64,000 bases of DNA from an uncultured Nitrososphaerota archaeon (GTDB taxonomy: Archaea; Thermoproteota; Nitrososphaeria; Nitrososphaerales; CADDZS01): positions 1,920,001 through 1,984,000 of the forward strand of contig CAWCYI010000004.1 of assembly GCA_963799845.1 (NCBI GenBank), read 5' to 3'. A program made the position numbers and the translations under genes. The notes beneath the pieces were generated by a model, which was not told the DNA's origin, made no database searches, and was given only the letters and a program-made list of their open reading frames with translations. The stretch's first letter is position 1. Every line of letters starts with the position of its first letter. Of the stretch, positions 23,016 through 33,412 are shown one piece after another.

Positions 23016-23231
23016 GTGTACAGGGTGAAATCTCAAAGCAACGGTGCCGAACTATACAGAGTATTTCATGATGGAGCTCATTGGACCTGCGACTGTCCTG
23101 ATTATCGACAGCATGGAGACGATTGCAAGCATACATTTGACGTCCTTTATGCAACCCGACTAGAGGATATTGTCGCCTCCAATTCGGGGGCGATCACAGA
23201 GAACGATGCGGAGGTTCCAAATGAAGAATGA
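23016..23231 (+). CDS. SWIM zinc-finger small protein or fragment
   Basis: YRVKSQS..WTCDCPDY..CKH. Confidence 0.7.
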   Translation: MYRVKSQSNGAELYRVFHDGAHWTCDCPDYRQHGDDCKHTFDVLYATRLEDIVASNSGAITENDAEVPNEE

Positions 23232-24328
23232 AAGAATTTCTAAGCATCATAGGCTATCTCAACGTAAGCTCTGGGGTCTAGGAATCCTTTCCATCGGTGG
23301 TCAAGTCGAAAGAATCAATGACAGAAATTTCAGAATCAAATCTCAGTCCAATCCTGAAGTAAGTCACAGCGTTGTCTGGGAGAATGGGGCTTGGAGCTGT
23401 AATTGTCCTGATTTCCTAGAAAGAAAGAAGCCTTGCGAACATGTTTACACAGTCCTGTATCTTCTGCAGCTCCCTATAACATAATCGTATCAAATTCAGC
23501 CGCTCTAGAACGGAAATGTCAGAACTGTGGTTCCTCTGATGTCGTACGAAACGGGACCCGTATGAACGTATCCGGTAGTGTTCAAATTTATCTGCGCAAC
23601 AGCTGCCGGAGCCGTTTCGCTGAAAGGGGTTCGGGCGAGGTCGGAGCCTGCAACTTTACTTACATGTTGATAGCTTTTGATCTTTTTTTACAAGAAAGTC
23701 AGTTTACGAGACATAAGAAATCACATTTACCAGGTCTATTATGTAGAGAAACCGGTCTCAACTATCCACTCATGGATCATGAGACTCAACAAAATTGTTC
23801 TGAACGCAGTAGCAGGTCTCGTCCCCGAGGTGGGAGACAAGTGGTTGGGTGACGAGCTGGTTGCGAAAGTAAATGGAAAAAGGAACTATCTCTGGAACAT
23901 CTTGGATTTCGAAACTCGCTTTCACGTGGTCTCCTTTTTGGCGGAAGGTCGGAGCGAAACTGAAGCGAGAAACGCAATAGCTGAGGCTTTTCGTAGAACA
24001 CAAAAAGAACCCAAGGATTTTGTTAGCGATGGACTTGCTTCGTATTAAGGCAATTAGTAACCTGCCAAAGTCGACAAAGAGAATCAATCATGTGAAAAAT
24101 GTTGGAATAAGAGACAAGACAAACAACAACAGAATAGAGAACAGACATAGTACTATTCGTGATTGGGAAAGGACGAAAAGAGGAATGAAAAGTAGAGCGG
24201 CCGAGCATTTTGAAGCACTGCAAGTGTATCACAACTACATCCGTCCACATCTCAGCCTGGGGAATGAGCCGCCGGATAGATCAGTTACAGATCAGCGCTG
24301 GATCTCCACGATGAACAATAAACTTTGA
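23221..24328 (+). pseudogene. IS6-family (archaeal type) DDE transposase with N-terminal SWIM and Zn ribbon, three frameshifts
   Basis: WSCNCPDF..CEH; CQNCGS; STIHSWI, WLGDE, YLWNILD, VSDGLASY, NNNRIE, YHNYIRPH. Confidence 0.8.
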
Positions 24329-24519
24329 TTGTTAGGAATAGTCACAAATCAGATTGACTCCCCGTTACCGTCATCTCCGTTTAGTGTAATTGTTTTGGGA
24401 GGAACGCCGCTAAGGTTGGATTACTAGGATCCCACGCCGCCGTTACCTTGAAATTCGGGTCCATGATCTCGAACTCACGAGGAGCCAGGTCGATACTGGT
24501 CGTCCCGTTAAACCACTGA

Positions 24520-24766
24520 CGTCGAATCTTCAGTCCATTCCTCTTTGCTACTATCGAATGAGCAAGCTCGTGAACCATAATAGACACAAACAACAGGACA
24601 GCTGACAGTATTCCGATTGAGAGATACTCAGAGGAGGAGAGACCCGGGTAGGACGCCGGCATCAATCCGAATCCAACGGTATAAACTATGAGCGCGAAAA
24701 TAAGGAACCAGGAGTAATCAAGATAGAGGGGTATCCCGTAAATGCTTCCAATCTTAATTGCCAAGT
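24520..24766 (-). pseudogene. N-terminal fragment of an M50 site-2 protease
   Basis: KIGSIYGIPLYLDYSWFLI..HELAHS; continues into unrelated sequence after KIRR. Confidence 0.75.
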
Positions 24767-24921
24767 ATTTGCAATCTCCCCCACTATACAAAAGGCTGAT
24801 CTGAATTTCTGTCTAAAGCGGTAATGTTCTAATCATTCCCTTATATTGAACGCTACAATTCTCATGCGTGTGAATCACCTATCTTTCGTGTTTCTTTAAG
24901 AATACCCAACCGGAGTAATTT

Positions 24922-24957
24922 GTTAATTAACGCTAATTAATTAATTTAGCAATTAAC
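24922..24957. promoter_or_regulatory. AT-rich inverted repeat upstream of the MFS gene (possible repressor site)
   Basis: GTTAATT..GCTAA-TTAATTAAT-TTAGC..AATTAAC. Confidence 0.45.
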
Positions 24958-25000
24958 CGGGACCCGGCGTCGATTTTTTGAACACTAGAGGTGAGATCTA

Positions 25001-26776
25001 ACGGTCGAGTACAAGTGGGTCGCTCTTTCAAACACCACAATCGGCACTTTGATGGCGGCCATCGACGCAACAATCGTACTGATTTCCCTTCCCGCAATAT
25101 TCCGCGGCCTTTCTATCGATCCACTTAGCTCGTTTCAGTATCTTCTCTGGGTTCTCTTTGGATACAGCGTGGTTACCTCGACTCTTCTCGTATCATTTGG
25201 GCGCATCTCGGACATGTTCGGAAGAGTCAGATTGTTCAATATGGGCTTTGCCATTTTCACAATAGGTTCGCTTCTTTGCGCCCTCACGCCTAATACTGGA
25301 GATCTGGGAGCACAGGAACTGATCACGTTCAGAATTGTTCAGGGAGTGGGTGGTGCATTTTTGCTCGCCAACAGCGCTGCGATTTTGACCGACGCGTTCC
25401 CGCCGAACGAGCGAGGAAAGGCACTTGGAATAAACATGACCGCGGCTATCGCGGGCTCTCTGGTAGGATTGGTACTGGGCGGGATTCTTGCAATCTTTGA
25501 CTGGCGTTACATCTTCCTCGTAAGCGTGCCTGTTGGAGCTTTGGGGACCGTCTGGTCCTACTGGAAGCTCAAGGAACTCGCCACCATAAGGAGAAACCAG
25601 AAGATCGACATATGGGGCAATCTCACCTTTGCCTTGGGGCTGATTCTCGCGCTGGTAGGAGTGACATATGCCCTAATTCCGTACAAGAGTTCGTCAATGG
25701 GTTGGGGAGATCCGTGGGTCATAGCCGCGTTAGCTGCGGGGTTTGCTTTGCTCGTCGCTTTTCCATTCATTGAGATAAAGGTGACGGACCCTATGTTTCG
25801 CCTCGACCTCTTCAAAAATCGCATGTTCACAGCCGCAAACATTGCCGGCCTTCTGGGATCGGTGGGAAGGGGAGGAGTGCAGATAATGCTCATTATACTT
25901 CTGCAAGGAATATGGCTTCCTCTTCACGGCATAAGTTATCAGGACACTCCGTTTTGGGCGGGGGTCTACATGATACCAATGATTCTCGGATTCTCCTTAA
26001 TGGGCCCGATAAGCGGTTATCTCTCTGACAAGTATGGGGCTAGGGCGTTTGCGACGCTCGGGATGGTCATCACAGCTGCCACATTTCTCGCTCTTTCATT
26101 TCTTCCCTACAACTTTAGCTACCTGCCTTTTGCGGCAATAATCTTTGTCATGGGCCTCGGAGGAGGGATGTTTGTAGCTCCGAACACAGCTTCAATCATG
26201 AACTCGGTTCCCAAGGAAAACAGAGGAGCAGCTTCGGGCATGCGAGCAACGCTGCAAAACACAGGGCAGACAGTGAGCCTGGCAATATTTTTCACCGTGA
26301 TAATTACGGGATTGTCCAAGAGTCTCCCCACAGCATTCGCGAACGCTATGATCTCTGCGGGTGTTCCAAAACTTGCCAGCGCGTTCGCTTCGATCTCACC
26401 TACTAGTGCCCTATTTTCTGCATTCCTTGGGTATAACCCCATGCAATCGATCCTATCTCTGCCCCAACTATCATCAGTGGTCAGTCAGATACCGCAATCA
26501 ACTTTAAGCTATCTTGAGGGGGAAACCTTCTTCCCGCACGCTATAGCTCCAGCGTTCATATCTGCTCTGGATTTGGCATTCTACATCGGGGCGGCTCTAT
26601 CGATCGCGGGTGCTGTCGCCTCTCTTCTTAGGGGAAAAGTGTACATTTATGATGAAGGACAACAGGCACAACCCGCTCAGCCTCCGGTAGCGACGAACAG
26701 CGGACCTCCTAGCATAGCTCGTCCGACCAATGAAGGAATCGACTCACGCAATCCGGTTAAAAAAGAAACGAAATGA
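25001..26776 (+). CDS. DHA2-type MFS transporter
   Basis: [22 protein letters not shown], about 14 TMs; in-frame [15 protein letters not shown] follows the SD GAGGTGA. Confidence 0.93.
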   Translation, partial: TVEYKWVALSNTTIGTLMAAIDATIVLISLPAIFRGLSIDPLSSFQYLLWVLFGYSVVTSTLLVSFGRISDMFGRVRLFNMGFAIFTIGSLLCALTPNTGDLGAQELITFRIVQGVGGAFLLANSAAILTDAFPPNERGKALGINMTAAIAGSLVGLVLGGILAIFDWRYIFLVSVPVGALGTVWSYWKLKELATIRRNQKIDIWGNLTFALGLILALVGVTYALIPYKSSSMGWGDPWVIAALAAGFALLVAFPFIEIKVTDPMFRLDLFKNRMFTAANIAGLLGSVGRGGVQIMLIILLQGIWLPLHGISYQDTPFWAGVYMIPMILGFSLMGPISGYLSDKYGARAFATLGMVITAATFLALSFLPYNFSYLPFAAIIFVMGLGGGMFVAPNTASIMNSVPKENRGAASGMRATLQNTGQTVSLAIFFTVIITGLSKSLPTAFANAMISAGVPKLASAFASISPTSALFSAFLGYNPMQSILSLPQLSSVVSQIPQSTLSYLEGETFFPHAIAPAFISALDLAFYIGAALSIAGAVASLLRGKVYIYDEGQQAQPAQPPVATNSGPPSIARPTNEGIDSRNPVKKETK

Positions 26777-27245
26777 TGAGTATAATCGCGGAATATTTCT
26801 CTTTTTGTCGCTTGCTGCAGACTGGGCCTCCAAGGGGGGAATACTCAAAACTTAACTGCAGCTTCTAAGAGCTTCAAATAATCTTCGGCATTGAGCCTGG
26901 CAACCTGAAAATTGGTTAGGTTTGAATCTACAATTTCCATTGCTGTTGTCCCTCCCACCTGGCTAGGTGACCGCGAGCGATTTTATCCGCCTACGAAAAC
27001 TAATATCTTTCCATTTGTATTATCGGGATCTATTACTCTTTCGCAGCTTAAACTGAAAGGGATTCAATTCCATTATGGAATTGGATACCATCCCATTCGA
27101 ACCCATCTTTGATTCTTTTGGCTTGTTCTAAAAGAGGTTCCGGACCAATTTCACTCCGAATCCCGAGAGGCTCGCTACAGTAATGGCGACTGATGTGCGA
27201 TTTGAACTTAAAGTTCAATTCCCACCTCCAGCAGCACACCCTAAT

Positions 27246-27297
27246 CTAGTAAATCCCGAGTGCGAGATGTGGGATTTGAAACCAATTTACTGGTAAA
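27246..27297 (-). repeat. palindrome/TCCCAC repeat, copy R1
   Basis: reverse complement: TTTACCAGTAAA-TTGGTTTCAAA-TCCCAC-ATCTCGCAC-TCGGGA-TTTACTAG. Confidence 0.9.
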
Positions 27298-27385
27298 CTG
27301 CACAACTCACATCAAGTTACTTCTGGTTCTCTGGGGAGTGGTGGGGATATAGGGTCGTTGGATTTCGACATACGATACAAAAATG

Positions 27386-28003
27386 CTATTCCAGCGGAGC
27401 CGAGAGATAATGAGTAATCGTAACAACAGTCCAGCGAGCGATATCATCTGGGGATCCATCCGTTATTCCGGGTAGCCTCAGCACGTAACGACTGAGACCA
27501 AGACCAAGTAGTGTAGACGCGATTAGGGCAACTCTTCGGTTCGCAAACCGAGGCCCCGATCGTGCTGTAATCTGCGGTGTTATTTGTTGCTCGATCGTGG
27601 AGCGGAGAGCTTCGGCTGCCTTTTCGTTAGTAAGGGCAGATCGCAACAATCCTGAAAAAGCCATTGAAGTTCCGGGATTCTCCCACCGAGCCAAGAACAG
27701 TTTGACGATCGCTCGCGCCGCCTTGGAGGGATCTTTGATTGTGGTCAGCGGAGCGGTCTCGGGGGAACGCATCATCCGGCTCAGCGTTTCGCGGAAGAGT
27801 CTTGCCTTGTTCCCGAAGTAATGATATGTCAGTGCCGGGTTGGTACCTGCTCTAGTAGCAATAGCGCGCATAGACGCCCCATCGAAACCAAGTAGTCCGA
27901 ACTCGAAGAGTGCCGCCCGTAGAATGTCATCTCGCGGACTACCCCACGCTTTTGGCCGTCGACCTCTTCTTGGTCGTCTTTCTGGTGAACCAGGCTCAGC
28001 CAG
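27386..28003 (-). CDS. TetR/AcrR-family regulator
   Basis: RDDILRAALFEFGLLGFDGASMRAIATRAGTNPALTYHYFGNK; the HTH requires extension to the CTG at 28003. Confidence 0.9.
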   Translation of the reverse strand: MAEPGSPERRPRRGRRPKAWGSPRDDILRAALFEFGLLGFDGASMRAIATRAGTNPALTYHYFGNKARLFRETLSRMMRSPETAPLTTIKDPSKAARAIVKLFLARWENPGTSMAFSGLLRSALTNEKAAEALRSTIEQQITPQITARSGPRFANRRVALIASTLLGLGLSRYVLRLPGITDGSPDDIARWTVVTITHYLSAPLE

Positions 28004-28023
28004 TTAGGTCACAGCTCAATTAA

Positions 28024-28039
28024 TTAAACACATGTTTAA
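28024..28039. promoter_or_regulatory. putative TetR operator
   Basis: TTAAACA-CA-TGTTTAA between divergent genes. Confidence 0.6.
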
Positions 28040-28053
28040 ATATTTGCCTAGGG

Positions 28054-28557
28054 TTGCTGCAGGTAAATCGAATAATGATATCAGAGTGGAATCTTTCGCT
28101 TTTTCTCGCAGCCTCGGGAATCAACGGACTACTTGCCGGAACGAGCATAACTAAATCAGTCGTTGAGTTGCCCGCTGGCAAGAAAATAGGATCTCTTGCC
28201 TTCGCTGCCTACAGTCGGGCTGCTGACCTAAAAAACGGCTTGCTTTGGTACTCTTTCCTTGGTATTATCGGTCCTGTTCTGACCGTAACAGCTACCATCA
28301 TGACAAACATTGGATATGGTCCATCTGGAGACTTTTCGATTGCTCTGGACGTTGCGGCTGTACTCTCAGTCGCACATGTTGGATCGACGGCTCTGGCCGC
28401 TCCCAATATGATGAAGGTAAGTCGTGCTGGCAATGAGATTGCGCAATTGGAGGTTCTCTATGCTCGATTCCGACGATGGAACGGTTTGAGAGCCCTCTTG
28501 CAGGGCCTCACATTTCTCGTCTGTCTCGTCGCAATATATGAGCTGATAATCGGGTAG
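28054..28557 (+). CDS. 4-TM membrane protein (DUF1772-like)
   Basis: hydrophobic helices; RFRRWNGLRALL C-terminal pattern. Confidence 0.6.
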   Translation: MLQVNRIMISEWNLSLFLAASGINGLLAGTSITKSVVELPAGKKIGSLAFAAYSRAADLKNGLLWYSFLGIIGPVLTVTATIMTNIGYGPSGDFSIALDVAAVLSVAHVGSTALAAPNMMKVSRAGNEIAQLEVLYARFRRWNGLRALLQGLTFLVCLVAIYELIIG

Positions 28558-29480
28558 CTAGCATTTCCTTCGATCCACACCAAAACATTCCTCACTCTTG
28601 CTTTTTCTAGAAAGCCCAATCCTGCAAATGATAAGAATAGAGAGTAATCATCTCGCGCCAAGAAATCTGGATTGGGCTTCAGAGACGACATCGAACAGGG
28701 ACAAATTCTCCTTGTACGATATATGAAAAGCTTAGCAGATTTCCCTAATCACTCTTTCGACAATTGGATAGCCCCGCCCCAAAATTTCACCGAGGTTCTT
28801 AACCACGTCGAGAGGGCTTTTCGGGAAGTCCTTTTCTGGAATGTTGTACTTTTCGCTGATCTGGAAGTATAAGGCTCTCTTGGCTCCCTACGCCGAAAGT
28901 GTCTAGAGCCTTGTCTACGCACTCGAAGATCCGCGAATTGAAACCCTTCATTTCGGCTGTAGGAAACAAATATTGGATTTTGACGATGCATGTCTAATAT
29001 TTAAAGTAATTTTGAAAAATCGCGCTGTAAAAGTCAGATGCTTGATATTTCTAATTTTTGAATCGTTGAATCATGCACACTTGTAACATGTTGTCAAAAT
29101 AAATTCAAGCGGAGTTAGGCGAACCCCAGCTTCTCGCACCCAGTAGTGAGATGAGCCAGCGGTCTGACTTCCCAAACCACGCTCTAATCTCAAAGGTCAC
29201 CAATCAGAACAGACCATCTCCATGCAAAGTGATGCATGCAAAGAGGATTCCCTAGAGTATCTTCTGCAGTATTACCACTGTGTACGCCGATCCGAAAATC
29301 CTCTGGCGTGAAGAAGAGACCCGGGATAAACGACTCGGTTTAATTGTTCCGGGTTAAGTCCCCAGAACAATGAACTCTCAATCTGAACCAAAGCTCTAGG
29401 TCAGTCTGACGGATACAGCAACTCTGTGAAATTATAACGGTCGAGATAGGAAATCCAGCGCAACAAAGGCCTTTCCCGGA

Positions 29481-30023
29481 ATGTTTGGCAAGAAATCAGT
29501 ATCTACTTTCTCATCTGACTCGCCAGTCATTCCGAATCCAAATACGGGCTTGCCCGAAGATCCAATGATAAATAGACGCGTATTGATAATTGACGCTGAC
29601 TTTTACAAGGCCTTGCATGACAACTTGTACAAGCGCTTCGATAGCGCAGCTTCTTTGATACTCTACGAAATGGGTGTGGGATATGGCGAGCTATATTCGA
29701 AAAATGTGGATGAGTTAGGAAAAGGGAAGCTCGAAGCCTACAGAATGTTCGTAGAGAGGGGCAAGCGCCAGGGATACGGCGAATTTATCGTTCCCTTGTT
29801 AGAGGCGATCCTATCTGGCCTGAAAGGAGAGGGGAAGGTCGTTCTAAAGAACAGTTTCTTTGCAGCCGCTTCGGGAGTCACCGGAAAGACAGAATGCTGG
29901 ATAGTCGCGGGAATGATCGCTGGCGCAGGCCGGAAAATGTTAAACAAGGAAGTGGTATGCACGGAAGAAATGTGCTTGTCAAAGAGAGACCAGCATTGTC
30001 AGTTTGTATTCAAGTCAAAGTAG
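29481..30023 (+). CDS. V4R-domain protein
   Basis: LYEMG.GYG, QGYG, NSF, C...AGMIAG, EEMCLSK.D.HC.F. Confidence 0.85.
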   Translation: MFGKKSVSTFSSDSPVIPNPNTGLPEDPMINRRVLIIDADFYKALHDNLYKRFDSAASLILYEMGVGYGELYSKNVDELGKGKLEAYRMFVERGKRQGYGEFIVPLLEAILSGLKGEGKVVLKNSFFAAASGVTGKTECWIVAGMIAGAGRKMLNKEVVCTEEMCLSKRDQHCQFVFKSK

Positions 30024-30418
30024 ATCCTTGAAAGTTCTCTTGCTATAAGTAATAGAAAATGATCCAAGAATAAATGTCATTCTAGTTGACGGCGCATAGC
30101 ACATCTTTTTCCGTTACTAATCTTCGACCCTGATGATTCTAGACGGAATCTATGTCTTCTCGCAACAATTCTCTCATCGCCCGTTCGATGATTTTAGATC
30201 CATTCTTTCTCTTGCTTCTCCTTGTCTCCCCTGCGGCCGGCTTTGTCACTACGGTTGCGACCTATGGGTTCAGCTTGAACGTGGGGCTGGGATCTTTCAA
30301 CATGCTACCCATCCCGCCGATTGATGGATACAAAATTTTCAAGAACAACATTGATCTGGACCCCATCTTTTAGACACACTTTTGACTCGTTTGACTGCAT
30401 ATTATTTTGTGTCATCTT

Positions 30419-31249
30419 CTATTTCACTACTATCTGGGAGACGAATTCGTACGGACTCATGTAACCGAGTGCCGAGTGAGGTCTCCTCTCGTTGTAATCT
30501 ATGAAGGCTTCTGCTATGTGTGAATCAGCTTCCTGGAAGGATCTAAAATCGTACGGCCAAACATATTCACGCTTGAATCGTCCGTGGAACGATTCAATTG
30601 ATCCATTCTGCTCGGGAGTGTTGTAGGCGATGTATCTTTGCTTAATGCCTAAAGCTTTCATCGACTGCTTGAATGTCTCGCTGATGTACTGGGATCCGTT
30701 GTCGCTGTAGAGAGTCACTTTTCCAGAAGCTTCGGGATGCTTCTCGAGAGCTTTTACGACAGCCTGTACTGCATTCTCCTTACGTGCAAAACCATCAAAG
30801 ACATACGCAAGCCATTCTCTTGAAAACACGTCGATGACGTTGAAGAGATATCCAAAGCCATCTATTCCGCAGCGGATGTATGTGAGATCGGTCTGCCATG
30901 ACTGATTTATTCCATTGGGTTTCGGGATCTTATCCGAGACAGATTTCAGTACCTCATTCCTCGTCAATCGAGGTGTGATCCAGCCCATCATGCGGTAGGC
31001 GTGCTGCACTTGCTTTCTATTGATGGGTCTTCGAAGTTCTTTTGATAGAAGAGCTGCCATCATCCTAGTTCCGTACATAGGCTTCTTTAGAGCAATGTCC
31101 CTGACTGTCGAGATGATGGACGGATCGCGGAGAGCTCCTTTATCCTGCCTTGTGTGACGCTTGTAGTAATACGCTCCCTGCGAAGACCCAACGGACCGGA
31201 GAGCTTTCCTCAAGCTCAATCCTTTGTTAACCATTATTGCGACGCTCAT
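30419..31249 (-). CDS. IS3 transposase OrfB (DDE)
   Basis: WQTDLTYI, SDNGSQY, NGSIESFH, RPHSALGY. Confidence 0.93.
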   Translation of the reverse strand: MSVAIMVNKGLSLRKALRSVGSSQGAYYYKRHTRQDKGALRDPSIISTVRDIALKKPMYGTRMMAALLSKELRRPINRKQVQHAYRMMGWITPRLTRNEVLKSVSDKIPKPNGINQSWQTDLTYIRCGIDGFGYLFNVIDVFSREWLAYVFDGFARKENAVQAVVKALEKHPEASGKVTLYSDNGSQYISETFKQSMKALGIKQRYIAYNTPEQNGSIESFHGRFKREYVWPYDFRSFQEADSHIAEAFIDYNERRPHSALGYMSPYEFVSQIVVK

Positions 31250-31539
31250 TTTTTCCCCGATCCCTGCAGTACCTGCTTCATTGCGTCGTTTGCGATTGTT
31301 AGTTCTCCAATGAGCTTCTTCAATCGCTCCACCTCTGCCTCCTTCTCCTTCCCCGGATCCTTCAGACCTCCAGTGAGGGCAAGCTTTCCACCGTGAATGA
31401 ATTTCTCCCTCCACTGGTAGAATGTCCCTGGAGTGAGGTTGTACTTCCTGCAGAGCTCGGACATGGAGATGTTGGTGTTCAAAGATTCAAGGACTATCCT
31501 GATCTTGTCATCAGGACTCCACCTCGAGTTTCTTGGCAT
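31246..31539 (-). CDS. IS3 transposase OrfA (HTH)
   Basis: WSPDDKIRIVLE..LCRKY..YQW; GGGGAAAAAA slippery run overlapping an ATGA junction. Confidence 0.9.
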   Translation of the reverse strand: MPRNSRWSPDDKIRIVLESLNTNISMSELCRKYNLTPGTFYQWREKFIHGGKLALTGGLKDPGKEKEAEVERLKKLIGELTIANDAMKQVLQGSGKK

Positions 31540-31830
31540 GCTTCTATCTTGGACCTCCACTGCTTGCAGTAAAAGGTTCTCCATATTGGGGTGTGTCTAA
31601 TGTGCGTGGGTCCTCACCAACATCCTAATCGCCCTGGCAATTGCCCTTCCGCTTTGGGCGATGTTCGTTTTCTTTTTCATCGGAGTGTAAAGCAAGTTGA
31701 CCAACTAGGACTCAGCAAAGTGTAACGCTGAACGCTTTTAGCCAGCATCGGCACATCTCTCCGCTTGCTTGTTTAGCCCGCTACATCTTGGTGTCCCAAT
31801 TCATACTCCTGACAGATTGAGCTGGAAACT

Positions 31831-32265
31831 TTGGACAATACAGAATTCATACTCTCCAAACTAGACTCGGCGATAGTTAGCGCCAAGAATATTGATCTGG
31901 GTTCTTCCATAATTAGTGCGATCCTGGGCCTCGCATCCATATTCCTAGCTCTTGCCGCGATTCTCCCGCCATCCGTTCTGGGACTCTTTCGATTCCTGTT
32001 GCTCTTTGCGACTGGAGTAACTGTGCTACTTCTGTATCTCTCGGTAAGGAATCTGAGCAAAAACAGAAAGGCGAGATTAAGGATCCTCCGGAAATGGCAT
32101 CAAGAAATATTCTTTGAAAAGACTCAAGTTAACGAATCAGATCAAGCGAAAATGAAAAGGCTAGTTGAGCTCATTCATTTGATGGAAGATAACAGCATAG
32201 CAAGAAATCCACACTATGAACAGCTTGATAGCGAGTTCATGAACTTGCTGAAAACAGCCCAATGA
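31831..32265 (+). CDS. 2-TM hypothetical membrane protein
   Basis: two hydrophobic segments followed by a charged tail. Confidence 0.55.
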   Translation: MDNTEFILSKLDSAIVSAKNIDLGSSIISAILGLASIFLALAAILPPSVLGLFRFLLLFATGVTVLLLYLSVRNLSKNRKARLRILRKWHQEIFFEKTQVNESDQAKMKRLVELIHLMEDNSIARNPHYEQLDSEFMNLLKTAQ

Positions 32266-32501
32266 TCCTCTCATCAACTCACAAATCAAATCTGGTTTCC
32301 TCCTAACCAGTTCAAGACATTACCCTAGATTAAATGGAACTAAAGAAGTAAAATCATAATAATTCTAATTCTGATTTCCTCGAAATCTCTTTCGAGAACT
32401 CCGCCGAGATCAAGAAATATTCCAAAGTTTCCAAGTGCTTCAGCAAAGGTTCGATGCTGAACCACGTCCAATCAATGCTATCTTGGCATCACACGTATGA
32501 A

Positions 32502-32635
32502 TTTACGTAAATCCCGAGTGCCGAGATGTGGGACCCTCGCACGAATTTACTAGTAAAAGTGCCACTGCGTCTGTAAATCCGAAAATCGAGAACAGAGGGT
32601 CAGAACCAAGATTCGGACACGAATTTGCTAGTAAG
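32502..32635 (-). repeat. palindrome/TCCCAC repeat, copy R2 (three palindromes)
   Basis: reverse complement: CTTACTAGCAAATTCGTGTCCGAATC ... TTTACTAGTAAA-TTCGTGCGAGGG-TCCCAC-ATCTCGGCAC-TCGGGA-TTTACGTAAA. Confidence 0.92.
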
Positions 32636-32666
32636 TCATCAGCATACAAAAGTGGTGAATAAGAGA

Positions 32667-33410
32667 TCATTTCCATCTCGTGAGTATCTCTTCCCTCTTG
32701 AAAGTAGCTGTACTTAGGTAGAAGAGAAGCAGATCCGCTACTAGAAAAATGCCAGAAATGATAAGCAAGTTGGGTGTATTCAATTGAATTACGTCGATCT
32801 CGGTGGCCACGTAAATTATGAGAAATGGAAAAAACAAGATCCCGGTGAATTGCTGTACAGTTCGCACATCACTTGCTCGCGCTGACAAAATAACTGTTAA
32901 TTGGATAGTGAGTAAACTTGCGAGTGGTGCAAGCACGAGGAGAATTATTGCAAACATCCAATTGGGATAGTAAAGATATCCAAGCGCATCCCGAGTGATG
33001 ATGTCCATCAAGACCATGTAGATCACCGAGCTAATGTAGATCGAAGCAATGGGAGGGACGAATGAAGAGATGCTCTTTCCCAGTAGAATCTCGCTGTCTG
33101 ACATGGGAGTTGCAAGGAGAGGTTCGAGACTCTTTTCGATCTTCTCGCCGACTATGCTGTAAGAAGCGAGTCCACTTGGAAGAGAAGCTGCTCCAATGAC
33201 AAACCAAAAGGAAAATGCGTTCAGAAAAGGTGTAATGGACGCCGAGACTGTGTCTGCACTCGGATAGAAGTGTTGAATTGCAACAATAATCCCGGGGAAT
33301 CCGAAGGCTATTCCAAGCGGGAAAGCTATCGTGGCGTATATACTTCCCCTCCTGCTCTTGAAAGATTCAAAGTCCTTTGATGCGACTGACCAAGCGTTCT
33401 GCAAGTCCAA
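32667..33410 (-). CDS. ABC-2 type transporter permease
   Basis: GEKIEKSLEPLLATP..EILLGK; 6 TMs. Confidence 0.9.
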   Translation of the reverse strand: MDLQNAWSVASKDFESFKSRRGSIYATIAFPLGIAFGFPGIIVAIQHFYPSADTVSASITPFLNAFSFWFVIGAASLPSGLASYSIVGEKIEKSLEPLLATPMSDSEILLGKSISSFVPPIASIYISSVIYMVLMDIITRDALGYLYYPNWMFAIILLVLAPLASLLTIQLTVILSARASDVRTVQQFTGILFFPFLIIYVATEIDVIQLNTPNLLIISGIFLVADLLLFYLSTATFKREEILTRWK

Positions 33411-33412
33411 TT

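Larger units (their letters stand above)
30352..31619 (-). mobile_element. IS3-family insertion sequence
   Basis: TG..CA ends with imperfect IRs (GGACCC..TTAGACACAC); 4-bp TSD ACAT at 30348-30351 and 31620-31623; orfA/orfB layout. Confidence 0.93.
30152..31690 (+). pseudogene. C-terminal fragment of an M50 peptidase, interrupted by IS3
   Basis: FNMLPIPPIDGYKIFKNN before the IS; ILIALAIALPLWAMFVFFFIGV* resumes after it (stop 31688-31690). Confidence 0.7.

Noticed and set aside
24419-24436. ATTACTAGGATCCCAC resembling the repeat
   Set aside because: It lacks the palindrome right half and the GTGCG arm; probably chance.
28650-28991. Multi-frameshifted remnant of a small archaeal helical-domain gene on the minus strand
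   Set aside because: It looks protein-like in pieces, but the frame cannot be rebuilt reliably by eye.
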